From assembly GCA_951406725.2 (NCBI GenBank), contig OX597820.1, positions 40,610,001-40,674,000 on the forward strand: a stretch of DNA of 64,000 bases, in the 5' to 3' direction. This document shows, one piece after another, positions 16,746-30,299 of the stretch. The stretch comes from Octopus vulgaris. Its lineage: Eukaryota. Within the stretch, counting starts at the first letter, position 1. Each line of letters starts with the position of its first letter. The notes under the pieces were generated by a model. It saw only the letters and a program-made list of their open reading frames with translations, was not told the origin of the DNA and did not search any database. A program made the position numbers and the translations under genes.

Positions 16746-18744
16746 AGTTTCGTGGTGTGCGGTATTTTATTTATGATGATTTGAAGTTCAGTATTTCTTT
16801 CTAAATTTATTTAGTGCGCATTATACACTATAGATTATCTGCTGTACTTTGTTAAAAGATACTCTGGGAGTGTTGCGTATACTGTAGAGAAATTAACAAA
16901 CTAGATTTCTATATAGGGGAGATATATATTTCTCATTCGTTTCACAAGTCAAAGTTGGAGTTTCTCATTGTTCATTCAGGAAAGTGCATCAGGTTGCAGA
17001 AAATGTTTAAAATAGGATTTTTGCAGATTTAAAAATACTGAGATATGTCTTGAAATTTAAATTAAAAATAAAAACCGTTATTGATGGATTGCCTTTTATC
17101 ACAGCAGAATTGAGCTATACTTCTACACGTTATTGCTTTTTATCGTATGTTCAAACGAATCAATGGACGTAATGTAAAATTCCATAGGTTGATACTCTAC
17201 ACACTCAGCTATCTGCAGTTTGAAAAGCAACATGGAGAAAAAGTAAGAGGTTAGCAAATGTTGACAGATCTCACTTTAAATTTCTTCATATTTCGAAAAA
17301 GAAATAATAAAATTTTATTACCCTGTAGGGCGTTAACTGTAGTTGCATAAAATCTTGGTGGGGAATTAAAAATGATTTAACCATTGTCAAACATGTGGCA
17401 CTAGCGAATTAAAAGTAACAGTTTTCGGTGACGAGACAGTGCTTAATAATAACAATATGTTTATGCATGAACTAAGTCAAGAAAACAATAAGATAAGTTC
17501 AACATACATACTTCACATCCACACTGAAGTTCATATGACGTTATGTGCTAACCTTAAACTTAATACGACACTTCTGAATGAGTCAGAGGCTTACACATTT
17601 TAGCTGCCTTTAAGATCAATCTGATGGATAAGATAATTGCCATTGACCCTTCTTTTGACAGCCTACTGATTCCAAAATGTCGAAAGTTTTATTTGTCACT
17701 TTCGTCTTTCGGTTTTCTTTACTGTTTCTTTTTTTCGATTTGTTTGTTTCTATTTTTCTTCTTCATATATATTCACCTGCTTCATTCACCTTTTATACTC
17801 TAGCCGTCTAACCTTTTTGCAGTTCTTCCGTTCTTTCGTTTCCTTCAAACCTACATCCATTAGTATGTCGAATTCTACGTCAGCTCTTCTATGTTTTCCT
17901 TTTATTTTCCTTACATATTTTTTCTTCGTTCTAAAACAGAACATTTCTACCCATCCACCCATTTTCAGGTTCCTTTCTTTCTTTACTACTTGTCTTAACC
18001 ATCTTTTAGGATTCAAACCACGTCTTCAAAATACTACTATATTCCTTTTTATTGCTTCTCCACTCTTTCCTATTCATCAACTGTCAGTCTTTTCTTAGTT
18101 TCTTCCCAACTCTCACCACATGCACCATCCTATCCACAATCACTTGCTCTTTTTTCTTTCTTATTTATTTCTAAAACTTTTCTTTATCCCTTTTTGTTTT
18201 TTTGTTTTTTGCTTGTTTTTTTTCTTTTTCTTTCTCGGAGAAAGGAAAGATCCCTTCATCACACTCTCTCACAAACTTCTTTATCTCTAATTTGCTTAAT
18301 TTTTTCCTCGTCATAACAAACGCTCACTCTCTGAAACGCTAGAATTACACACATCATTCTCTCATTATTTCTCTTTCTCTCACACTTTCTTTTCTCTCTC
18401 TCTCTCTCTCACTCCCTTCTTCATACTCTTTCATCCTCTCTCATGCATACACTCTCACCCTCCCTCCCCATCTTTCTGGCTCACCCCATCTCCCTCTTTA
18501 TAAACTGCTCAACTGCACTGAAAGCCATTTTATACCCTGTCACAACCAATTTCCTATCGATCTTTGCAACAGTAAATCCAGTAAGTTGTTGTTAATGTTG
18601 TTGTTGTTGCTGGTTTATTGTTGTTTTTCTTTTTGTGTTTTAATCCACCCTTTTTACTTAACCTTTTATTATACAACCTCTTCTGGAGTTGACTGGCTTC
18701 ATCATTCTTATATCACATTATATATGTTTTGTGTTTTTGTGTAT

Positions 18745-19090
<346 letters not shown>

Positions 19091-22000
19091 TATGTATGTA
19101 TGCATGTATGTATGTTTGTATGTTTGTATGGATGGATGGATGGATGTATGCTTGTATATATATATACTATCCTTACATATATTATATTTTATTTATATGT
19201 TGAAATATCTATATACAAAATTTTTTTTCTTCTCCTTTACATGCTGTCAGGAAGAGCTGTCACCATCAAAATAGTTGTTTGTGAACATGCTGTTACTAAA
19301 TATATATATAAAATTTGCAGTGTTTAAGCATGTTCGTTTAGTTGTATGTAAGTAGGTTATTTTCTGTAAATGTTTACATATAGTCATGTACATAGATATG
19401 CCTAGGTTTATTAATGCATGCATGTAAGGGAAGAAACACGACTATCTGTATTGTATGTATACTTAGTTGTGTTGGAAAATAATTCATGTGTACGAGTATA
19501 TGTATTTATAAATGCATACATGTTCCGAAAGTTTCTATTCTATATATGCGTTTAATTTAGAATGAATACATCTACGTATATACAATTTATAAAATCACAA
19601 CACACAAATAAACACGCAAATAGATGCATACATACGTACATACACGTACATAGATGCCTACATACGTACATACATAAATGCGTACATACGTACATACATA
19701 CATGCATGCATGCACGCACACACACATGCACACATACACACATGTTTGTGCGCGCGTGCATATGTTTTGAGTAAGTAATTATACATAAACCTTATACACA
19801 TGTGTATGTGCATGTGTGTCTGTGTATATGTGTTTATGTTTGTGTGTGTGTATGCATGTGTGCGTGTTTGTGTTTGTATGTGTGTACATAAAAACATGGC
19901 TTTGCAATATCAGATCAAATTATATAATTATTAGTGAAGTAATATATGCAGTGAGCAACTATGGGCTTGCATATATTTGTTCAATAAGCATATATATACA
20001 TCTATCTCTCCCTTCCCTGTCACTCTCTCTCTCTCTCTCTCTCTCTCTTAGTCTCTCCCTTTGTTAGTGATGCTGCCACATGTAGCCAACCTTCTTCTCA
20101 TCATTAGTTCTCTGCTCTCAGGCATCATCTACAAGCAATGTGTTATCTCAATTTAAATTTGAACTACTTCAATGAAAAGGGAGTTAAAATGAAATTATAT
20201 AAGGGGAACACAAAAGACTAGCTCTTTACAGCTGCAGAATCGTATAATCATTGCTCATGTCTGTGGGATCTTCTTCACTCTCTCTGAACACGAACAACGC
20301 CAAATTAAAGCACCTGAAATCGTTACAATTTGCCAGACCTCACAGTTACAGATGACTTCTTCTGACAAACATCATATATATATCATAGCAAAAATTTGAT
20401 CCACACAATTATCTGTCATCATTCCAGCAAGAAAAAAAAAGCTTAAACAGTTACTGATGGGCTACACAGCTCAAACCCAATCGATACCGGTATAATGATC
20501 CATTCAGGAATGGCGCTTGTACTTGCCACAAAAATCATGCTGGTCTGCAATCAGCTGGATGGCAAGTAGTCTACCAGCAACACACTCTAGCGTCTTGTCC
20601 GCAGATACACAATTCCTTCACTCTGTCTCTAGTACGGCTACGACGATCCCTCAAGATAGTGGCTTGCAATCTTTACACAATATTCTGTTTCATAACCATG
20701 TCGCTTCTTCTTGCCTTCTTGTATGCTGGTGTTCCCTAGCCTGACCGTGTATTGATCGCTTTATCGCCCTTCTTACCTAGGATGTCAAGCTTCTGGAATT
20801 TATTCTCCCCTCTAAATTCTTTTCTACGAGATATCACTCGAAATAGATGAAGATGTACGACAACTACCTAAAACTGAGCAGTCTTACATGGATCACGAAG
20901 ACAAAGATGAGAGAATCCGTCTTTTGAACAAAATCATCGAATGAAAAAGTAAAATAATTCATAGTACCCCGGCAAAATCGCAGTCTAATGACTGAAACAA
21001 ATAGAAGATAAAAAGTAAATGGCGTCTTCTGGCTGGCGGTGAAGTTCATTGTAATATGTAGATGAAATCTCATCCAGTTCAGCTTTCTCTTTTCTCGCTA
21101 CGGGTTGATAAAATACTGTACCGGTCAAATACTTAGTTCGATAGTAAAAAAAATTATTAAATAAATAAGTAAAAAATGTTTTTAAAAAATAAGGAAAAAG
21201 GAATGGACAACTTGTTGGATGAATCGAAACTATTGAAAGACAGATGAGTTTTTGGTGAGGTCAAGTATGGCGTTGACAAATGAAAAATAGTTCTGCGTCT
21301 AGCGTATTTTCTCTCTACCAGAGATATGTAGCAGCAAAAACAATGTGTTTACAAATATATAACAGCAAAAACAATGTGATTACAAATATATTAGACACAA
21401 AAGTATACTTGAATGCATTCATAAGAGCTATGAATATTCATCACAAGAACATACATATATTTGTATACAAAAGTATGCAAATATATATGTCTGCCTGTGC
21501 GCTTGTGCCTGTTTGATCTGTACATGTCTGCTTTAGTTACCTCCTTTTTTTTCTTGTTCCGTTATTCTTTTCTTGGTTTTAGCCGTTCGACTGTGGTCAT
21601 GATGGCCTAGTAGCATACAGAATTTTAGTCGGATAGGTACACTACTATACTTATTGTAACGATCAGGATGCTAACATAAACACAGACATACACCAACGCG
21701 CACGTACACACACACACACATACACACACACACGTACACATACACATATACAGAGAGAGAGAGAAAGTGAGAGAGAGAAAGAGAGTCAGAGAAACACATA
21801 GAGAGACATATGCATACATACGTGTATGTATATATGCATACATATATACATACGTATATATGCACCCACACACACATATATATATATACATATATATATA
21901 TACATGCAATCATACCACACACGCGTGCACTTTATATAATATATATGCATACATATACTATTTTAAAAATATTTTTAGTTTCTTACTTACATACATACAT

Positions 22001-22353
22001 ATATACAAACACACACACACATACACAAACATATACACATACATACACATACACATACCCCCACACACACACATAAAACGATGTAGAGGCATATCAAGAC
22101 TATCAGTGAACGAAAAACTATGCATAACAGAAAAAAACTACACTACACCAGTTACATTGCTAACAATGAAAATAAATGAGATAATGAGTATTTGAACCCG
22201 GTTTGGAAAGACGCTGGTACATAAGCACTTACTAAACTATCGTAAGTAAATGGGTAAGTTTAGTAATGGCCACAATGCTTCTAAATATATTACAAATATA
22301 CATTACTCAATGGAGTATTTTGCACTTGTCCGTAGCAAATAACAACGTGTATG

Positions 22354-22395
<42 letters not shown>

Positions 22396-23469
22396 ACATA
22401 CGTATTATATTAAGAGACGCACACATACATATGTATGCGTGTGCCCTTGTATGTGTGTGTGTGTATGTGTGTGTTTGTCTGCGTGTGTGCGTATATGTTT
22501 GTACTAAATACTTGATGTCGACGTCCGTAATATAATTATCAAGCGATATGGAACACCAATTTTCACAACTTGAAGAAACATTAATTGTTAGTGTGTTGCG
22601 TTAATCGACGAGAGATAAATACTGAAAAATAGGCAGGCAGAAGAAACAGACATCCATATATTTCACATTAATTTTATCAGTCAATATATGAAACACTTAA
22701 GTAATGTTATTGATTTCTTTTGATGAGGTTCTAAGATCATTTTTGCCGGGAATTAAAGTCGATTGTTTTGATCAGAATACGTGAATAACGAATCTATTAA
22801 GAAATTTTGGGAAAGACTGTAAACTACAAAACCCATCTGTCAGTAGTTAAAGGCGCTTAGTGACGTTATTTATTCGTGTAAAACGAATAAATCCCTCCTC
22901 TAGCGAATATTTTCATGTATAGAAAAATTTCGAAAGAAGAGATACAAGAAAACCACACCAAAGCGGTTTAAACAAGCTGAAAGAATGGACACGATGATTT
23001 TAGTAGAAAACAGATTGATGACTAACAACCGGGAAGATAATGGAAATAGATGGCATCACTTTCTGTTCTTCTATGGCTTCTCAACACTGGTTTTCATTTG
23101 GCGGCGCAACGTCTAAATATTTTTATCGTTCTCAAAAGACAAAGTTGTTGGCGGCCAAAGTTTTTCTCATTTCAAATCACTCGGGTATATGGTACCAGCA
23201 TTCTGCTCTTTCTGACAATATACCTTTCTGGCTCCATCTCTGAAGTAGGCATTACCAAAATTTCAGAACGTATAACTCATACCAAACAGACATTGCATTA
23301 TTGAAAATCCTTTCTTTCAAGAAATACTTTCGAGTAACTGTCAGTTGATGAAAATCTGCCAAAATGAGAAGCAGTGATTCGTGAACTGTGTCATCGAAGT
23401 GGTAATATTGCGTGTTGTTAAGAATATCTAAACTTCTAGCACTTCAGAACTTGAAAAAGACGTTTTTAC

Positions 23470-23670
23470 AATATTAGTTTCAAATTTTGGTACAAGGTCA
23501 GCAATGTCGGAACAGAGATTCAGTCGATTTTAGCGACCTCAATGACCAACTGACGAAAGGATGAAAGGCAAAGTTGACCTCGGCAGAATTTGAACTCAGA
23601 ACGTAAAGACAGACAAAATGCCGCTAAACATTTTGCCCGGCTTGCTAACGACTTTGTTAGCTTGCCGCCT
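23470..23670 (-). mobile_element. Nin/Deu-core SINE
   Basis: gaaaggatgaaaggcaaagttgacctcggcagaatttgaactcagaac core. Confidence 0.75.
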
Positions 23671-23687
23671 TGAATAAGTCTTTATAA

Positions 23688-23888
23688 CAGTGGTTTTCAA
23701 CCAGGGTTCCGCCAGTACAGTCCAGGGGTTCCGCAAGAAGTTACAAAACTGCTAAAATCAGCAGTAATTTTTAATTCTCCTGTGCAGATATGTGTGCATA
23801 AGACTATTAAATTATTGCACAGGGGTTCCTCGAGCCAGTGGAATGTTTCCTTGGGGTTCCGCTCCAGCAAAAAGTTTGAAAAGCACTG
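23688..23888. mobile_element. hAT-type MITE
   Basis: TIRs cagtggttttcaa / ttgaaaagcactg. Perfect 8-bp TSD ctttataa at 23680-23687 and 23889-23896. Internal ggggttcc subterminal repeats. Confidence 0.9.
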
Positions 23889-25532
23889 CTTTATAATATT
23901 AATATAAACTGAACGGTATCTTTTAAAAGTACTTCAAAATCATATAAAGTGCGTGCTGTAAAATTTATATTGCTTAAGTTAAAAAGTAAAAGAACGGTCA
24001 AATATAAATGTAATATAATCTGTGGATTAGTTAGGTCAGCCGCACTTGGTATATAACAGCTGGCTGATATTTCAATCGTTTATAAATATAAACGACCAGA
24101 ATTTCTATATAATATGGACGATAGAAATGGATCCTTACATTTCCTCAGAAGCTACAGTTCGATGTTTCAGGCTAACTGTAATCGATCTACGATACACCTG
24201 TTACATATTTTTCTTTTCTTTTCTTTTCCTTACAGAGAAATGTGTATGGTGAAATGAACTCTAGTGAGATTAACATTAAAAATGTACGGAGATTTAATTA
24301 AATGCTCTAAATCGAAGTATTCTACCTTAACATTTCATTATCTTAACAAATGTTATGAATATTAAAATAACGGAAAGTTTATATCAGTATATATTACGGA
24401 GAAAATTGAAATCTTATGGGGGAATCTATAATGCGCTTCTGTCGTTGAAAAATTAACCTCATAAGCACTAAAGACATTTACATTAAAATGTATTATATTT
24501 TCATTGGGAGAATACTACATCTACACTATACTTGTGCTGAACACTGTCTTGCATTGGACCAAGTATTCATATAACGCATATAAGCAGAGGAAGAAAACTT
24601 TTTCCAACAATCTGTGTTTCACACATATTTCAATCTAAGGAGTATCATGTCTAATAAGATTTCTACCGGATAAAGTTTCGCTTTTTCTTTAGCAAAGACA
24701 TATATCTATAACTGGGCTACAAAGTGAATTTCTAAAAGAGTTTAACCCCAAAAATGCTGTGCGAGACACGATGAATCAACTAATTAATGAACGTAGGTCT
24801 GTTCACGTATTGTTATACAAATTAGATAGACCAATTTAGACGCATTTTTGTATATAGAACAGTTTATACAGGATATAAGCTAACGATTACTATTTAAAAA
24901 ATAAGATAGGCATGATTTCTCTCATTAAGGTCCAGCAACTAGACACTAGGCTCAATGTATTCGACACACACCCTCCCATAAAATTACTGGCCTTGTGCCA
25001 AAATTTGAAACTAATATTTTGTTCAAAGTGTCGGATCGAAACCGAAAGCATTCTAAAAGCAATTGTGGCTAATTCGCATTACTCCGTAAAGAGCATAGGA
25101 TCGGTTTCGAGGTTCCTCTGGCGAGATACTCATCTCTGGATGGGACACCAATTCGTCGCAGGATTATCCATTTTTACCAGCTAAGTTGACTGGAGTAACG
25201 TAAAATGAAGAGTTTTGCTAAAGAGCGCAACACATCGTCTGGTCCAGAAATCGAAACCACAACTTTACGATCAATACTCTAACAATTAAGTCATGCACCT
25301 CCACGAACACGATTATAATTGCTATACTGTTACTGTTAACCAATGCGTTTAATTATTTATTTATTTTTGTTAGCTTTTTCGATTCATAGCATATTTATGT
25401 TAGAACTATAATGGTAAATTTGGACACACATTCACACACACACACACACACAAACACGTAAATATTTGTATCGACGTGTATTTATATATACTTGTATGCC
25501 AATGCCAATACAGTGCTATATATATTTACATT

Positions 25533-25757
25533 TGGCAGAAGCGTTAGCACGCTGGGCAAAATGCTTTCAGTATTTCGTATGCTGTTACTTTCTGAGTTCA
25601 AATTCCGCCGAGGTCGACTTTGCCTTTCATCCTTTCGGGGTCGATTAAATAAGTATCAGTTACACCCTGGGTCGATGTAATCGACATAATCCCCATTGTT
25701 TGTCCTTGTTTGCCCCCTCTATGTTTAGACCAGACCTCTGTAGGCAATAAAGGAATA
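25533..25757 (+). mobile_element. Nin/Deu-core SINE
   Basis: Family core gagttcaaattccgccgaggtcgactttgcctttcatcctttcggggtcga. Confidence 0.8.
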
Positions 25758-26097
25758 AATGCAGTGTTATATAACTATCTGCAGACATGTGCATTTCTGT
25801 GACATTATAAATGTGTATATTGTGTACATGTGTATGTATACCTTTTAATGTGTGCATATCCGTTTATGTGACGAAACTTTCCATAGCTTATCATATTTTT
25901 GTATCACAGAGGATAGCAACTTTCCCATATATACCAGTACTAAACCTACCAGGGCGTGCTGAAAAGTTCTTGGCTGTAAGGCTACCGTGAAATGCCTGGC
26001 TGGAGGCCCAAACTTCCGATTTCTTTTACGGGGCTTTGAAAAACTGAAGAACTGCTGCAGTAAATGTGGGAATCTAAGAGGGTAATATGTTGAATAT

Positions 26098-26299
26098 TCT
26101 TTTTTACTCTCTTTTACTTGTTTCAGTCATTTAGTCGAGCAAATCGACCCCAGGACTTATTCTTTGTAAGCCTAGTACTTATTCTATCGTTCTCTTTTGC
26201 CGAACCGCTAAGTTACGGGGGACGTAAACACACCAGCATCGGTTGTCAAGCGTTGTTGGGGGACAAACACAGACACACATACATACATACATACATACA

Positions 26300-26376
<77 letters not shown>

Positions 26377-26657
26377 AGAGTTTACGAAAAAAACAAAAGA
26401 CGAAGACAGGTGGTGTACAAAACAAACAGATGTATTAGTATAACGCTTAGGAATAAAAACAGTCTTTTACGTTTCGAGCCTACGCTCTTCTACAGAAAGG
26501 GACACAGAAAAAACAAGGAGAGGAAAAAATGTGTGTAGTGGCTAACGATCTATACATACATATATACGATGAGCTTCTTTCAGTTTCCGCCTACCAAATC
26601 CACTCACAAGGCTTTGGTCGGCCTGAGGCTATAGTAGAAGACAAGGTTCCACGCGGT
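26098..26657 (-). mobile_element. Microsatellite-containing SINE, interrupted by a hammerhead fragment
   Basis: Both halves match the halves that flank the 45351-49315 array. Confidence 0.75.
26373..26552 (-). mobile_element. Penelope-like pLTR fragment with a variant minimal hammerhead
   Basis: Minus strand at 26464-26499 reads cttt CTGTAGA a GAGC gtag GCTC GAAA cg TA aaag. Confidence 0.65.
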
Positions 26658-27246
26658 TAGAATGTCTGTATCTTCCTTTACCCAAAGCCAGCAATATTTC
26701 ATCACCCCCTCGTATAGTGTTATTTTTTTTTCTTCTATGCATGGGTTGGGTTAGATATACTTACAGAATGTATCTGGCGATCCATTTGTTATTGGTACAA
26801 TAGGGAATGCACAAACATATATGTAAATATATTGGCAGACATCTTAAAGTTATATATTTGCGTATTCCAGAAAATATTAATTTTAATTCTGTAGATAGTG
26901 TTAAGACACCTTCACGCTTCATTTGCTCCCCTTCAATATTTTTGCTGCCCTTCAGAAGCTTTCTTAACATTTCGTTGTTCAGCAATAAAACACATGAAAG
27001 TCAACTTAATCGAGGAGTTCAACTTAATCGAAATTACTTTTATATACACATTGTCTTTGCGATTGCATTGAAAGCCCTTAAATGTAAGAATATCTAACAC
27101 GTTGGTCGAGTGAGATAAGAGTTTTGCGGCTTTAATATTACTGACTGTGTAATAATCAATGTTCAACAATTCGTGTTATTATTGTTGATTAACCTTGGCA
27201 TTCTAGTTTTTAATCATGTAGTATATACATATACATACGTATATAT

Positions 27247-27280
<34 letters not shown>

Positions 27281-28400
27281 TATAAATCTATATTATATAT
27301 ATATATATGTATATATATAATATAAAAAATAGATGAATAAATAGATAGATTAATAGAAAGAAGTAGAGAGGGAGAAAGAGAGGGAACTACATTGTCTACA
27401 ATCGCTTTGCTGTTTTGAGATACTATTGAGAGTTACTTGACAACTATTTTTAACAAGTCAAGCGACCGCCTCGGTGCTTTCTTGTATATGATTAATTTCT
27501 TCAACTTTTAGCATAGCGACTCATAATTTATTTATTTTTTTAATCATCGAATATATTAATGTTATACGAATTATTTTCCATGTTATATGTACAATTTTCA
27601 TAGTTTTGTTCATTCTGTTGAACTTCTGAATAAATTTAATGTATGTCATTCCAATTTCTTGTATGTTTTTTTTTTCTTTATATTTTTAATTGTTATATCC
27701 CACACCATTACAACATATGCAGGCATGTATAATACCATTTTCATTTCTTCCAGTTTTATTGGGGAATTATTGATTTTGGATTTATAGTAATATTCATAGA
27801 TCTTCCCTGTTTTAATTTATCTGCTATAATAATTTTGTTATCCAATATTACTGGTCTTTCCTTTACTTATCAGATGTTTTTTATAGTCCTGATTATTCAC
27901 ACAATATGTTAGCTATTGTATAGTGTTATATCTTTTACGTTCACTTTGATAATTTTTGTTTGAACATATATAGTTTTATTGATTCATTTACTATTTGTGT
28001 TTTCTCTTTATTCTCATCTGTGAAAAGTATTTGGGGCATTAATTCTCTTTCAATAGGAATCGTTAATATTATGTCCTTAATTATTTTTGTTTGTTTTTGT
28101 ATTGTGCTTGTCACATCTGCTTGGTTTACTTAAGTCGATATCTCTGTGGGGCGGTTACTGTTTTGTATTTTGCCTGATGTATTTCGCTTGTATGCTAACA
28201 TTGTATTGGGTGGAAGGCACGAAATACGGTGAATTGGCAGAATCTTGAGAGCATTTTGCTGGCTGTATTTATTTCAAGTTCTTTACATTCTGAGTTCTAA
28301 ACCGGCCGAGATCAACTAACGAAATTCTTGAGACGAACTAATCGACTGTGTGTTCGAGGATTCTTTAAACATGAAACTACAGCTGGTGATCGCAAAGGAA

Positions 28401-28845
28401 GGATCTTTTCGGTTTGAACGGTAGTTTTTTCTAGCGGTGTCATATGAAATTGTCATCCATAATTATGACCCTAGAATCGATCTATTGCATTTGAATCTAT
28501 TTTAGATTTAGGGTTAGTAATGGTTAGTTAGGGTTATGGTTAGGGGTGGGGGGAGGGGTATCTTTTCTTTCTTCATAAATGTAAATAAACCCAATCTGTT
28601 TCTTAAACGAGGGACATATTCATACGGCACAGAATGTTTTCACCTCCGATAGACGGCCATTGATTGGTTGAAATTGTCGAAATGCAAGAAATTAAAGACC
28701 AAATATCTTACAAACTATAGAATTTTCTCAATAAAGCCAAGTGAAAAAGATGCTTTATAAACACATTCTACCAGTATACGAAGTTTAAAATTTTTTAGTT
28801 ACCTAGAAATTATGTTAAAAACTGCCGTTCAAACCGAAAAGATCC
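28401..28845. mobile_element. MITE with GG-starting TIRs and an 8-bp TSD (Merlin-like)
   Basis: TIRs ggatcttttcggtttgaacgg / ccgttcaaaccgaaaagatcc. TSD caaaggaa at 28393-28400 and 28846-28853. Confidence 0.85.
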
Positions 28846-28901
28846 CAAAGGAATTTTCTTAATTCTACTTCAGCTTTAAAGATCACATTATTTATGTGAG
28901 G

Positions 28902-29161
28902 GTGGAGGCGCGTGACTTAGTGGTTAGGGTGTCAGCATCATGATCGTAAGATTGTGGTTTCGATTCCTGGACCGGGCGGCGCGTTGTGTTCTTGAGCAAA
29001 ACATTTCATTTCACGTTGCTCCAGTCTACTTACCTGGCAAAAATTAGTAACGCTGCGATTGACTGGCGTCCCGTCCAGCTGGGGAACACATACGCCATAG
29101 AAACCGGGAAACCGGGCCAATGAGCCTGGCTAGGCTTTAAAAGGGCGCATTTATTATTTAT
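28902..29161 (+). mobile_element. tRNA-derived SINE
   Basis: tgacttagtggttaggg...ggtttcgattcc head and (ttta)n tail. TSD ttatttatgtgagg at 28888-28901 and 29162-29175. Confidence 0.85.
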
Positions 29162-29509
29162 TTATTTATGTGAGGAACAGTGAACACAGGTACTATTAAT
29201 TCTGAAAGCCATAATGAGTGTCCAATAATTTACGAGTCATATTGTTCGCAAACTCATTGTTCGCAAACCAGTCTACAAAAGAAGAAAAATAGTGCAAAAG
29301 TGTTAATAATCACTTCATAAGAGATGTTATATTCTGGTGTCTCATATTATTAGAAAAGATTTTATTTCCCCTAACCTGATTTACATCGGGGAAAGTAAGA
29401 TGAAAGTAATTTTTTTTTTTTAATATTTTCAAATAATTCACACGGAAACATTGCTGCCGCATAAAACAATTGACCCAAATATATAGAATGACATATACAA
29501 TATATATTT

Positions 29510-29738
29510 ATTTATTGCCCACAAGGGGCTAAACATAGAGAGGACAAACAAGGACAAACAAAGGGATTAAGTCGATTACATCGACCCCCAGTGCGAAACT
29601 GGTACTTTTGTTTATCGACCCCGAAAGGATGAAAGGCAAAGTCGACCTCGGCAGAATTTGAACTCAGAACGTAACGACCGACGAAATACTGCTAAGCATT
29701 CCGCCCGGCGCGCTAACGTGTCTGCCAGCTCACCGCCT
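29510..29738 (-). mobile_element. Nin/Deu-core SINE
   Basis: Near full-length family match. Confidence 0.8.
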
Positions 29739-30299
29739 ATATTGGCATATACAATATAGAAACGTTGGAAGTAGAGGGGAGACGATTTAGAAACATCGTC
29801 CATCAGCTATAAGTAAATATTTTATAACACTTTCTCCATACGGATAAGTACAAGAATAGATACATATAATTTATAGTTTGAATAGGATTTATTAGGTATA
29901 CTGTAACTAAGAGGAAAACTATAACGATTTTAAGTCAAACAATGATATCAATTTTGCTGAGGAATGTAAAAATTAGAATGAATCATAGATTAACATACTG
30001 TTTCCATTAATTTTTGGCATAGAACCCGAAGTCTTATAAGAAATAGGTCAAAAAGTTAGAAACATGCGAATTGTGAGAATTGCTTGTATCTTGGTGATGT
30101 AAAGTAAAATGCGAGCTAATCGAATTCTCACTTGATTTTCTCCAAAAATGTGTAAGAGTGAATTACAAAATGAATAGCAAGCAAAATCAAAACTGAGATA
30201 AATTAAAACAAGAAACAGATGAAGTATTGATTGATCTACAATTACATATAAGTATAATTTGTTAATTAGTAATAAATTTATTCCTAATCATATTTTTAC

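Larger units (their letters stand above)
25949..26712 (+). mobile_element. Non-autonomous mariner element with a nested SINE
   Basis: TA-flanked imperfect TIRs (ccagggcgtgctgaaaagttcttggc / gccagcaatatttcatcaccccctcg). Relic of the mariner C-terminus (KCGNLRG*YVE) near 26060-26095. Confidence 0.65.

Noticed and set aside
18231-18263. Hammerhead-like gtgatgaaggga...tctccgagaaa on the minus strand
   Set aside because: C3 is missing and there is no stem III or cleavage triplet.
24200-24270. Polypyrimidine tract plus ACAG splice acceptor
   Set aside because: No supportable exon or reading frame follows, and isolated splice-like signals are common.
28905-28980. tRNA gene
   Set aside because: It is the tRNA-like head of a SINE with body, tail and TSD. 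The same applies to the other tRNA-like segments.
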